NCBI GenBank assembly: GCA_051882535.1
Contig: JBJESA010000129.1
Span: 1-39,171 of the forward strand
Source of the DNA: Oscillospiraceae bacterium
Lineage (GTDB): Bacteria; Bacillota; Clostridia; Oscillospirales; Ruminococcaceae
Reading direction: 5' to 3'
DNA length: 39,171 bases
The position numbers and the translations under genes are program-made. This document shows positions 7,789 to 16,601 of this stretch, in pieces. The notes under the pieces are model-generated. The model saw only the letters and a list, made by a program, of their open reading frames with translations, searched no databases and was not told where the DNA came from. Numbering within the stretch: the first letter of the stretch is position 1; each line of letters starts with the position of its first letter.

Positions 7789-8887
7789 ATTGTCCCAGCA
7801 ACGGCTGGTCAAATGCGAATAATACTTCGTTCAATTCGTAGATATCGTAGTTTTTATTCACGAGGAAATACTCGACTATTACGTCAAACTTGCTGCTGTG
7901 GGAGAGTGCATATCCCGCACGAGCGATAAAATCCTTGGTTTCCTGCAGGTCGAGTTCGAGAGCGAACGCAAAAGCGAGTGCGGTGGGCTTCGAGGGCTTG
8001 TAGTCCATATTGTTGCGGATTTTAGAGAACAGTTTTCTGTCCACGTTCGCCTTTTTGTAGATTTCCGAGTCTTTCTTGCCCGTGCGGTCAATCAGGCGGA
8101 GAAGCGTTTCGGAAAATCCTGCGTCCAGACCTTTCAGCAGCTTGTCCCAATCGTTGGTATTGGTGGGAAGATGTGTTGACGCACACTCGAGCAGAACGGA
8201 TTCCTCGGAACACTCCATATCCTCTGCGACACGGCTTGAATTTTTGCGGAATATGCCGTCCGAGAAGAGTTTTCTGCGTGTCGATTCGCTTTTCGCAGAA
8301 ATTGATGCAGTGGGCGAGCCAAGGCGGTATGGCGTGGAATACTCGTCAAGCGTTTTGCTGCGTATGTAGTTCTCGTCAATGTAACTGCTTACAGATTTAA
8401 ATAGTTTTTCCGAGAGGGCGAATTCCTCTTTTCCGAAAACCACAAGGTAAATCTGCATTTCGTTTTCAATAAGAAACGCACTGATTTCCCGAACAGCTAT
8501 TTGCAGGGCAAGCGGCTTTGGAAAGCCGTAATTCCCCGTAGATATCAGCGGGAACGCTATCGAATTACAACCATTTTCGAGTGCGAGTTTAAGGGAGTTT
8601 TTGTAGCAGTCGGCAAGGAGATTTTCTTCGCCTTTCGAGCCGCCTTTCCAAGAAGGGCCGACGGTGTGGATAACGTATTTCGCGTCAAGGTTAAATGCGG
8701 GCGTAACGGCGGCTTTTCCGCGTGGAATATCGCCGATTTCTTTACGGGCTTCGAGCAGTTTTTCACCCGCTTTTGCATGGATTCCCGTGTCAACTCCGCT
8801 GCCTATAACGGGGCGGGGATTGGCGGTGTTCACAATTGCGTCCACCTGCATATTTGTGATGTCGTTGCGTACTATTTCAAAGGGCAT
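7787..8887 (-). CDS. Macrodomain protein fused to a C-terminal XRE/HTH-like domain
   Basis: DIT, VDAIVNTAN..IGSGVD..IH, KYVIHTVGP, FPLISTGNYGFP macrodomain motifs; low-complexity linker; C-terminal ~110 aa FSETLLRLIDRTGKKDSEIYKKANVDRKLFSKIRN..PSKPTALAFAFAL has an XRE-like helix pattern (inference). Confidence 0.85.
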   Translation of the reverse strand: MPFEIVRNDITNMQVDAIVNTANPRPVIGSGVDTGIHAKAGEKLLEARKEIGDIPRGKAAVTPAFNLDAKYVIHTVGPSWKGGSKGEENLLADCYKNSLKLALENGCNSIAFPLISTGNYGFPKPLALQIAVREISAFLIENEMQIYLVVFGKEEFALSEKLFKSVSSYIDENYIRSKTLDEYSTPYRLGSPTASISAKSESTRRKLFSDGIFRKNSSRVAEDMECSEESVLLECASTHLPTNTNDWDKLLKGLDAGFSETLLRLIDRTGKKDSEIYKKANVDRKLFSKIRNNMDYKPSKPTALAFAFALELDLQETKDFIARAGYALSHSSKFDVIVEYFLVNKNYDIYELNEVLFAFDQPLLGQ

Positions 8888-8918
8888 AATAGTTCCTCCC
8901 GATTAATATTCTTATTTA

Positions 8919-8995
8919 ATTATAGCTGATTTTGCCGCAATTTGCAAGGGTTTTCTCAAAAAGCACTTGACAATTCCCCAAAATCGGGATATAAT
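8919..8995. promoter_or_regulatory. Divergent sigma-A promoters (macrodomain gene; FUSC-HAD gene)
   Basis: Minus: TTGCAA(8947-8942)-N17-TATAAT(8924-8919). Plus: TTGACA(8967-8972)-N17-TATAAT(8990-8995). Confidence 0.78.
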
Positions 8996-9055
8996 AGTAA
9001 AAAACGAACAAGGGCGTTCCGTATAGGGACGCCCTATTTCTTTTGGGGTGATTAT

Positions 9056-10336
9056 ATGAAAAAGAAACTGCCTGCTATAGGGAAAAGAATTCTGAAATCC
9101 ATGATTGGAGTTTTTCTGTGCTACGTGGTGTACTTACTTCGTGGAAAACAGGGAATACCGTTTTACTCTATGCTTGCTGTCCTGCAATGTATTCAGCCGT
9201 ATACGGGTGCAACATTGTCAATGGCAGTACAACGCACAACGGGAACGCTTGTGGGTGCGGTGTTCGGTTTGGTTTGTATCCTCCTTGAACTGTATGCGTT
9301 CAATATCTACAACTCAATTGCGGGGTATATACTGACGGCTTTGATGATTATTCCGGTGATTTATGTGACGCTGCTTCTTCATAAAGAGAATACCGCATAT
9401 TTTTCTTGTGTGGTGTTTTTGAGTATCACAGTAAATCATATTACGGACGCTAACCCATTTATCTTCGTGCTGGACCGTGTGTTGGATACGTTTATCGGTA
9501 TTGCGATTGCTCTTGTGCTGAATTCGCTGAGATTCCCACGCCGCAAGGACAAGAATACCCTATTTATTGCGGAACTGGACGATATGCTTACGCCCGAGAG
9601 TGAGCTTTTGACGCCGTTCTCCAAAGTCGAAATGAATCGGATGTTGGACGAGGGACTGAAACTTACAATCGCCACCATGCGGACTCCCGCTTCGCTGATG
9701 AAGCCGCTGGAGGGCGTGCGTATAAATCTTCCTGTAATTGTGATGGACGGTGCGGCTTTGTATGATATCAACGAGAAAAAGTATCTCAAGGCATATATTA
9801 TATCGAATGATACCGTGAAAGAATTGCGTGACCTGTTTGCTGAAAATAGGATAAACTGCTTTATTAACGCACTTTGTGACGGAATTCTCATAATATATCA
9901 CGACAAGCTGGAAAATCCCGCCGAACAGAAGCTGTACCAAGACCTGCGGCGTTCTCCATACAGAAACTATATGCACCGCGAGCCTAATCCCGATGACGGC
10001 GTAATCTATCTGATGATGCTTGATGAAACGGAGAAGATTGAGAAATTCCGCGACTTGCTGGCGGAACAAGGATACGGCGGGAAACTGAAAATCCTCTGTT
10101 ATCCGTCTTACGATTATCCCGGTTACAGCTACATCAAAATCTTCAATAAGAATGCCTGCCGCGAGAATATGCGGCAATATCTTCAAGGCAGCTTGGAAGC
10201 CGAACAAACAATCACTGTCGGTGCTCGTTCCGAGGACGATATACCTACGGACAACAATGTCAACAGCGTGGTGAAGGCGGTAAAGTCCGGATTTGAGCCG
10301 TTATTACTGCCAAAATTTTTGAAAATGCACAAATAA
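9056..10336 (+). CDS. FUSC/aromatic acid exporter-type membrane domain fused to a Cof-type HAD-like domain
   Basis: IGKRILKS, QRTTGTLVG, DRVLDTFIG membrane motifs; then IAELDDMLT, IATMRT, VIVMDGAALYD of Cof-like HADs; ATG 9056 with GGGGTG RBS lies downstream of the promoter. Confidence 0.8.
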   Translation: MKKKLPAIGKRILKSMIGVFLCYVVYLLRGKQGIPFYSMLAVLQCIQPYTGATLSMAVQRTTGTLVGAVFGLVCILLELYAFNIYNSIAGYILTALMIIPVIYVTLLLHKENTAYFSCVVFLSITVNHITDANPFIFVLDRVLDTFIGIAIALVLNSLRFPRRKDKNTLFIAELDDMLTPESELLTPFSKVEMNRMLDEGLKLTIATMRTPASLMKPLEGVRINLPVIVMDGAALYDINEKKYLKAYIISNDTVKELRDLFAENRINCFINALCDGILIIYHDKLENPAEQKLYQDLRRSPYRNYMHREPNPDDGVIYLMMLDETEKIEKFRDLLAEQGYGGKLKILCYPSYDYPGYSYIKIFNKNACRENMRQYLQGSLEAEQTITVGARSEDDIPTDNNVNSVVKAVKSGFEPLLLPKFLKMHK

Positions 10337-10391
10337 TCTCAAACTCTCGCAAGCAATTATGTAAAAAATGCAGAAATGGAATAAATTACAA

Positions 10392-10439
10392 AATTTTTGC
10401 AAGATTTCTATTGACAACTTGCAAAATTAGTGTTAAAAT
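10392..10439 (+). promoter_or_regulatory. Promoter of amino-acid ABC operon with inverted repeat around -35
   Basis: TTGACA(10411-10416)-N17-TAAAAT(10434-10439) with extended TG; TTTTGCAAG (10395-10403) / CTTGCAAAA (10418-10426). Confidence 0.7.
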
Positions 10440-10476
10440 ATAACCAGAAAGTGAGAGAAAGCTAGAGGGTGAAAAC

Positions 10477-11202
10477 ATGATAAGACTGGAAGATGTTCAT
10501 AAGAGCTTCGGTGATTTGGAAGTACTCAAGGGTATCAATCTTCATGTAGCCGAGGGTGAGAAGCTGGTAATAATCGGCCCGTCGGGTTCGGGTAAGTCCA
10601 CGCTTATTCGCTGCATGAATTATCTGGAAGAGCCGACATCGGGAAAAGTGTTTGTACATAACCATCAATTGAGCCGAAAGCGGCGTGCGTTCATCAACAA
10701 AATCCACTCCTCGATGGTGTTCCAGCAGTTTAATTTGTACCCGCATTTAACCGTTCTTGATAACCTTACATTGGCACCGATAAAGCTGAAAAAAGTCCCC
10801 AGAAAAGAGGCGGAGGACATTGCAATGACCTATCTGAAAAGGGTGGGTCTGGAGGAAAAAGCACACGTTTATCCGACTACTTTGTCGGGCGGTCAGCAGC
10901 AGAGAATTGCAATTGCAAGGGCACTGACTATGCAAAATCGTGTTATCTTCTTTGATGAGCCTACTTCGGCACTCGACCCCGAGATGGTGCAGGAAGTACT
11001 TGATGTCATGATTGAATTATCACACGAAAAGAACTTCACGATGGTGGTTGTAACCCACGAAATGGGATTTGCAAGGGAAGTCGCCGACAGAATTATTTTC
11101 GTGGACGGCGGACAGATTCTCGAGGAGGGCACTCCCGAGCATTTCTTCACAAACCCGTCTAATGAGCGTACTAAGGCGTTTTTAAGTAAGATAATCCGCT
11201 GA
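10477..11202 (+). CDS. Polar amino acid ABC transporter ATP-binding protein (GlnQ-like)
   Basis: [46 protein letters not shown]. Confidence 0.94.
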   Translation: MIRLEDVHKSFGDLEVLKGINLHVAEGEKLVIIGPSGSGKSTLIRCMNYLEEPTSGKVFVHNHQLSRKRRAFINKIHSSMVFQQFNLYPHLTVLDNLTLAPIKLKKVPRKEAEDIAMTYLKRVGLEEKAHVYPTTLSGGQQQRIAIARALTMQNRVIFFDEPTSALDPEMVQEVLDVMIELSHEKNFTMVVVTHEMGFAREVADRIIFVDGGQILEEGTPEHFFTNPSNERTKAFLSKIIR

Positions 11203-11254
11203 GGCGGTTTATTTATACAGAAATACAAATTTAGAACAAGAGAGGTAATTTACT

Positions 11255-12070
11255 ATGAAAATGAAGAGAATTCTGGCAGCAGCGGCTGCCGCTTTGATGA
11301 CGCTCTGCTGTGCAGGCTGTTCCGGTTCGGGAAAGAAAGAGCCGCTTAAGGTCGGTGTAAAGAGCGATGTAATCGGATTTGGTTTTAAGGATACCGTTAC
11401 AAACGAATATCAGGGACTTGAGATTGAGCTTGCAAAGAAGCTCTCCGAGGAGCTGGGCTATGACGGAGTTGAGTTCACCGCAGTAACGGCGGCAACAAGA
11501 ACAGAGCTGCTCGATTCGGGAAGTCTGGACTGTGTTCTCGCGACATTCACCATCACCGAAGAGCGTAAAAAGAGCTGGGATTTCTCCACTCCGTACTTCA
11601 CCGATGCGGTAACCGTTCTCGTTGAAAAGGCTGACAATATCACCGATTTGAGCGGTCTGGTTGGCAAGAAGATTGGTGTATCCACCGGTTCCAACTCCGC
11701 GTACAACCTCGCAAAGGCAATGAGCGAAAAGGGCTTGCTCGGCGACTACAAGGTTCCCGACAGCTCGAAGGATTTCGATATTTCCTCGTTTGAACAGAAC
11801 GGCACAAAGTTCGAGCAGTTCGGCGATTATCCCGCAATTTCCAATGCGATGGCAGCAGGCACGGTTGACGCATTCTGCGTAGATAAGTCCATTCTTGCAG
11901 CGTACAAGACCGATGACCGCGATTACATCACCGATACATTTGCTCCGCAGGATTACGGCGTAGCAACCAAGAAGGATTCGGAGCTCTCCGCAAAGATTGA
12001 TGAACTTATCGTTAAGTGGAAGAATGACGGCACAATCGACGCACTGGTTAAGCAGTTTGGTCTTGACTAA
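11255..12070 (+). CDS. Polar amino acid-binding lipoprotein (Peb1/glutamate-aspartate-like)
   Basis: Lipobox CAGC, LKVGVKSDV, VTAATR, ATFTITEERKK..DFS.PY, VDKSIL. Confidence 0.87.
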   Translation: MKMKRILAAAAAALMTLCCAGCSGSGKKEPLKVGVKSDVIGFGFKDTVTNEYQGLEIELAKKLSEELGYDGVEFTAVTAATRTELLDSGSLDCVLATFTITEERKKSWDFSTPYFTDAVTVLVEKADNITDLSGLVGKKIGVSTGSNSAYNLAKAMSEKGLLGDYKVPDSSKDFDISSFEQNGTKFEQFGDYPAISNAMAAGTVDAFCVDKSILAAYKTDDRDYITDTFAPQDYGVATKKDSELSAKIDELIVKWKNDGTIDALVKQFGLD

Positions 12071-12085
12071 TTCGATTAAATAAAG

Positions 12086-12114
12086 TTCGGCGGCAGTCAA
12101 GGGCTGCCGCCGAA
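12086..12114 (+). terminator. Intra-operon stem-loop after binding-protein gene
   Basis: TTCGGCGGCAG / CTGCCGCCGAA 11 bp stem; weak U-tract, so probably an mRNA stabiliser. Confidence 0.65.
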
Positions 12115-12138
12115 TACTATTGCTAGGGAGTTGAGAAT

Positions 12139-12927
12139 ATGTTTGATGCGGAAAAATGGGAGCTTGTCTGGATACATCGCCAGACATTCATTGACGGTGC
12201 ATTGTCAACGCTTATGATGGCACTGTTCGGATTGATGATTGCACTGGTGCTGGGTGTGATTTTCGGACTGATGTCTACAAGCCGTTCAAGGCTTCCTCGG
12301 GTGATTGCCCGTGTTTACGTTGAGTTCGTGCAGAACACTCCGCTTATGCTTCAGGCACTGTTTTTGTTTTACGCGGTTATCTTCTCGGGAGTGTCGGGAT
12401 TTTCCGCACTGTTATGCGGAATTATCGCACTTGGAATTTACCATGGTGCGTATATTTCCGAGGTAATCAGAGCGGGAATTGAGGCAGTCCCGAAAGGACA
12501 GCTGGAGGCGGCATATTCTCAGGGATTCGCTCATATTTCGGCGATGTTCTACATCGTACTCCCGCAGACAATCAAGATTATCCTCCCGCCGATGGTGAAT
12601 CAGGTGGTGAACCTTATCAAGAATACGTCCTGTATGTTCCTTGCGGGCGGTGCGGTGGATCTGATTTCCCGCACGAATGCATTTGCCGTAGGCGAAGGAA
12701 CAGGTTCGGCGGCAGGTCAGGGCTACATAATCGGCGGCGTTATCTTCTTTGTGATTTGTTTCCCGCTGTCGATGCTTGCATCTCACTGGGAGAAGAAACT
12801 CAAGGCACGCGATGTAGGCACCGTTAAGGTTCGTAAAAAAGCGGACGACATTTCCGACGCGGAACTCGATATGATAATCAAGAACAAAGGAGGCGAGAAC
12901 AATGGAAGCTTTAATGGGCAGCCTTAA
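12139..12927 (+). CDS. Amino acid ABC transporter permease
   Basis: YVEFVQNTPL, SEVIRAGI..VPKGQLEAA, LIKNTS. Confidence 0.92.
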   Translation: MFDAEKWELVWIHRQTFIDGALSTLMMALFGLMIALVLGVIFGLMSTSRSRLPRVIARVYVEFVQNTPLMLQALFLFYAVIFSGVSGFSALLCGIIALGIYHGAYISEVIRAGIEAVPKGQLEAAYSQGFAHISAMFYIVLPQTIKIILPPMVNQVVNLIKNTSCMFLAGGAVDLISRTNAFAVGEGTGSAAGQGYIIGGVIFFVICFPLSMLASHWEKKLKARDVGTVKVRKKADDISDAELDMIIKNKGGENNGSFNGQP

Positions 12928-13669
12928 AATGATAACCAACGGCAGCGTGCTGTTGTATATCTTAAAAGGACTTGGGTTTACCGTGGCTATAGCATTCTTC
13001 GCGGTTGTTCTCGGTATCATAATCGGCACAGTGCTGGCTTTGGTGAGAAATTACTGCAACAGGGGCTGGACGAAGATTTTTAAGTTCATCTCGATTGCGT
13101 ATATTGAGGTGTTCAGAAATACCCCGCTTATGCTGTGGATTTTCATTGGTTTGGTGTTCTTTCCGTCTGTTGAATTGCCGTCAAAATTCACGCAGCTTTT
13201 CCAGCTTTCGAGAACTGAGATGGCGGTGCTTATCAAGGGTATAATTGCACTTGTGCTTTTCACTTCGTCGGTTATCGCGGAGATTGTACGCGGCGGCTTG
13301 AATTCCATTCCCAAGGGACAGTTTGAAGCGGCGTATTCACAGGGCTTCAATCTTCCGCAGACGCTGCTTTTCATCATTATTCCGCAGACGTTCAAAAATA
13401 TCGTTCCAACACTGCTAAGTCAGGTTATCACAACGGTTAAGGATACTTCGTATATCGCGAATATTGCAATTGCGGAGCTGATGGGAAGAACATTCCAACT
13501 CATTCAGATTTCGCCGAGATACACGGGTTTTTCGACACAGAATGTGTCCGATGTTTTCGTGTTGTGCGGACTGGCGTGTGTGCTGTATTTCGCAGTGAAT
13601 TTCACGCTCTCCTGCGTTGTCAGAAGAATGCAGAAGCCGAAGAGAAACAGAATTGCGGTTAAGGCGTGA
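12902..13669 (+). CDS. Amino acid ABC transporter permease
   Basis: YIEVFRNTPL, AEIVRGGL..IPKGQFEAA, VKDTS. Confidence 0.92.
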   Translation: MEALMGSLKMITNGSVLLYILKGLGFTVAIAFFAVVLGIIIGTVLALVRNYCNRGWTKIFKFISIAYIEVFRNTPLMLWIFIGLVFFPSVELPSKFTQLFQLSRTEMAVLIKGIIALVLFTSSVIAEIVRGGLNSIPKGQFEAAYSQGFNLPQTLLFIIIPQTFKNIVPTLLSQVITTVKDTSYIANIAIAELMGRTFQLIQISPRYTGFSTQNVSDVFVLCGLACVLYFAVNFTLSCVVRRMQKPKRNRIAVKA

Positions 13670-13678
13670 GGGCAGTGT

Positions 13679-14605
13679 ATGAAACTATATATTGAAGCAC
13701 CTTTTTCTTCTGAGAACAGAGAATTTCTGTTGAGTTCAATCAATGGCTGCGAACTTTGCGAAAACCCAAAGGATGCGGAAATTTTTGTCGGAGATTTGCC
13801 GAGCGGAGCGGAGTTCCCGAATCTGAAATTTCTCCAGATTTGCTTTGCGGGAGCGGAGAAATACTGCCGCGAGGGAAGCGTCCCCGATGGTGTGGTTGTC
13901 GCAAATGTTACGGGTGCGTTCGGCGAGGTGATTTCGGAATATATCCTCGGTGCGGTGCTGTCGGTTTATCGGAAATTCTTCGGGTATCGGGACTTGCAGA
14001 AAGAAAAGAAGTGGCAAGACCTCGGCTCGGAACGAACGATTTACGGGGAGCGGGCACTCATTCTCGGCTGCGGGAATATCGGCTCTCTTACGGCGAAAAA
14101 GCTGCAAGCATTCGGTGCCGAAGTGGTCGGAATACGGAAGAACCCGCACGAAACGGAGTTCTTCGATGAGGTGTACGGAATGGAGCGACTGGAGGAACAG
14201 CTTGCACTGGCTGACCTGATAATCTGCTGTCTGCCGGAAACCCCGCTTACACGAAATCTTCTCAACAAGGATAGAATCGCTGCGATAAAGCAGAACGCGT
14301 TGCTGGTAAACGTCGGACGCGGCTCGCTGATTGACGAAAACGCACTTGCTGCTGCAATTGCGAATGGGCATTTGGCTGGGGCAGTCCTTGATGTTTTCAA
14401 TGAAGAACCGCTGCCCGAAAATTCGCCGCTGTGGGGCTTGCCGAATGTGTTTGTAACGCCGCATATTTCGGGAAAATCTTTCAAGCATTCGGCATTGATT
14501 GAACGTAAGATAGCCGAGATTTGCGTTGAGAATATCAACAGATTTACAGAGGGGAAAACTCCCATTAATCTTATAAAAAAGGAAATCGGATATGCACTGA
14601 ACTAA
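13679..14605 (+). CDS. D-isomer specific 2-hydroxyacid dehydrogenase
   Basis: GCGNIG NAD-binding motif, NVGRG, LDVFNEEPL, TPHISG catalytic residues. Confidence 0.9.
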   Translation: MKLYIEAPFSSENREFLLSSINGCELCENPKDAEIFVGDLPSGAEFPNLKFLQICFAGAEKYCREGSVPDGVVVANVTGAFGEVISEYILGAVLSVYRKFFGYRDLQKEKKWQDLGSERTIYGERALILGCGNIGSLTAKKLQAFGAEVVGIRKNPHETEFFDEVYGMERLEEQLALADLIICCLPETPLTRNLLNKDRIAAIKQNALLVNVGRGSLIDENALAAAIANGHLAGAVLDVFNEEPLPENSPLWGLPNVFVTPHISGKSFKHSALIERKIAEICVENINRFTEGKTPINLIKKEIGYALN

Positions 14606-14624
14606 GGTGCGTATCCGTTTTTTT
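14587..14624 (+). terminator. Intrinsic terminator overlapping the dehydrogenase stop
   Basis: CGGATATGCAC..GTGCGTATCCG stem followed by T7. Confidence 0.75.
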
Positions 14625-14627
14625 GTA

Positions 14628-14656
14628 TTGACATTTCGTGGGAGTTGTGCTATCAT
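14628..14656 (+). promoter_or_regulatory. Sigma-A promoter of cbi operon
   Basis: TTGACA-N17-TATCAT with extended TG. Confidence 0.7.
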
Positions 14657-14713
14657 TGAATTATTAAGGTGCTGTCTGATTTCTGTGATTGGCGGACGTT
14701 TTTAGGTGAAATT

Positions 14714-15853
14714 ATGTTGGAAGAATATATTCAAAGAGGCACGGAAAAATTGCGGTGCGGATATACGACAGGCTCCTGTGCGGCGGCTGCGGCAAAGGCG
14801 GCGGCGATTATGCTGCTGAAACAGCGGGAGTGTACGCACGTTTCGCTTGTTACTCCAAAGGGGATTGCATTGGAACTCGATACCGTAAACCCCGAATTTG
14901 GCACGGATTATGCTTACTGCGGGATTTGCAAGGACAGTGGCGACGACCCCGATATCACGGACGGAATTACGGTATTTGCACGGGTGGAATTGTGTGCTGC
15001 GGGCGTTGAAATAGTCGGTGGAGAGGGCATTGGAATAGTTACGAAAGACGGACTGAATCAGCCCAGATGTGTTGCGGCGATAAACTCCGTTCCCCGAAAG
15101 ATGATAATGGCAGCGGTGAACGAAGTAGCCGAGGAATGCGGCTATGGCGGGGGCTTTCGCGTTGTGGTATCCGTGCCGAACGGTGAGGAGATTGCACGGA
15201 AAACCTACAATCCCCGAATGGGGATAGAGGGCGGAATTTCGATTATCGGCACAAGCGGAATTGTTGAGCCGATGAGCAGTGCGGCACTGGTCGAAACCAT
15301 TCGTCTGGAGCAGAAAATGCGGCGTGCGGAGGGTTGCAGAAATCTGCTATTGTCGTTAGGCAATTACAGTGCAGATTTTCTGAGAAGAGAACTCCCTTAC
15401 GCTCTCGATAAAAGCGTCAAGTGTTCAAACTTTATCGGAGAAGCTATTGAATCGGCTTTGGAAAACGGCTTTGAGAGTGTGCTTATAGTCGGTCATATCG
15501 GAAAACTGGTGAAGTTGGGTGCGGGGATTATGAATACCCATTCCGCACAGGCAGACGGGAGAATGGACGTGCTTGTCACCTGCGGAGTGCTGGCGGGAGT
15601 GGACAGCGATGTGCTGAAAACTCTCCCCGACTGTGCAACTGTGGACGCGGCAATCGCGATTTTGAGTGAAACCGGAAAGCTCAGCGAGGTGCTTGAAATT
15701 CTCGGAAAAAGGTCGCAGAATTATCTCAACGCAAAGGTGAAAAACAGCGTCATAATTGCGGCTTTGATGTTCTCCGACAAGTATGGAGTGCTTGTGAGAA
15801 CGCCGGACTGCGATGAGGTTTTGCGTAGAATATCGGAGGAATACAATGGTTGA
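14714..15853 (+). CDS. cbiD: Cobalt-precorrin-5B C1-methyltransferase
   Basis: LRCGYTTGSCAAAA, KDSGDDPDITDG, NPRMGIEGGISIIGTSGIVEPMS, GHIGKLVK; ATG 14714 with AGGTG RBS. Confidence 0.95.
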   Translation: MLEEYIQRGTEKLRCGYTTGSCAAAAAKAAAIMLLKQRECTHVSLVTPKGIALELDTVNPEFGTDYAYCGICKDSGDDPDITDGITVFARVELCAAGVEIVGGEGIGIVTKDGLNQPRCVAAINSVPRKMIMAAVNEVAEECGYGGGFRVVVSVPNGEEIARKTYNPRMGIEGGISIIGTSGIVEPMSSAALVETIRLEQKMRRAEGCRNLLLSLGNYSADFLRRELPYALDKSVKCSNFIGEAIESALENGFESVLIVGHIGKLVKLGAGIMNTHSAQADGRMDVLVTCGVLAGVDSDVLKTLPDCATVDAAIAILSETGKLSEVLEILGKRSQNYLNAKVKNSVIIAALMFSDKYGVLVRTPDCDEVLRRISEEYNG

Positions 15854-16601
15854 TTTTGTAGGTGCGGGTAGCGGTGCGGTGGATTTAATCACCGTACGTG
15901 GAATGAAGCTTTTGGAGAGTGCGGACGTTATTATTTATGCGGGGTCGCTGGTAAATCCCGAACTTCTCGGCTATGCACAAGAGGACTGCGAAATTTACAA
16001 CAGTGCGAAGATGACTTTGGACGAGGTGATTTCCGTAATCGAATGTGCGGAAAACGAGGGCAAGCACACGGTGCGTCTACACACGGGCGACCCGTGCTTG
16101 TACGGTGCAATTCGTGAGCAGATGGATAGGCTGGACGCTCTTGGAATCGAGTATGCGGTGTGCCCCGGAGTAAGCAGCTTTTGCGGAGCGGCTGCGGCTC
16201 TCAAAGCGGAGTACACGCTGCCTGCGGTTTCGCAGAGCGTTATCATCACGCGAATGGCGGGACGGACTGCTGTTCCCGAGCGTGAGAGTATCGAGTCATT
16301 TGCGGCACACGGGGCAACGATGGTGATTTTCCTCAGCACGGGAATGCTGGAAGAACTTTCGGAGCGGCTGATTGCGGGCGGATATTCTCCAGAAACACCC
16401 GCGGCAATTGTTTACAAGGCAACATGGAAGGACGAAAAAGTCTGCCGCTGCACGGTATCAGAGTTAGCAAAAACCGCTGCTGATAACGGAATTTCCCGCA
16501 CCGCACTTATTACTGTCGGGCATTTTCTTGGGAGCGATTACGAGCTTTCGAAACTCTATGACGCAAGTTTTGAAACGGGTTACAGAAAGGCGACTGTATG
16601 A
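15846..16601 (+). CDS. cbiF: Cobalt-precorrin-4 C11-methyltransferase (CobM/CbiF)
   Basis: FVGAGSG..DLIT, IYAGSLVN, RLHTGDP..YGAIREQ, SKLYD; GGAGG RBS before ATG 15846. Confidence 0.94.
   Translation: MVDFVGAGSGAVDLITVRGMKLLESADVIIYAGSLVNPELLGYAQEDCEIYNSAKMTLDEVISVIECAENEGKHTVRLHTGDPCLYGAIREQMDRLDALGIEYAVCPGVSSFCGAAAALKAEYTLPAVSQSVIITRMAGRTAVPERESIESFAAHGATMVIFLSTGMLEELSERLIAGGYSPETPAAIVYKATWKDEKVCRCTVSELAKTAADNGISRTALITVGHFLGSDYELSKLYDASFETGYRKATV

Noticed and set aside
8942-9055. N-terminal extension of the FUSC-HAD ORF from the ORF track
   Set aside because: Overlaps the gene's own consensus promoter; ATG 9056 has an RBS.
11231-12187. Long antisense ORFs (also 13736-14656, 16696-17493, 19402-20387)
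   Set aside because: Shadows of well-supported genes on the opposite strand, with no recognisable motifs.
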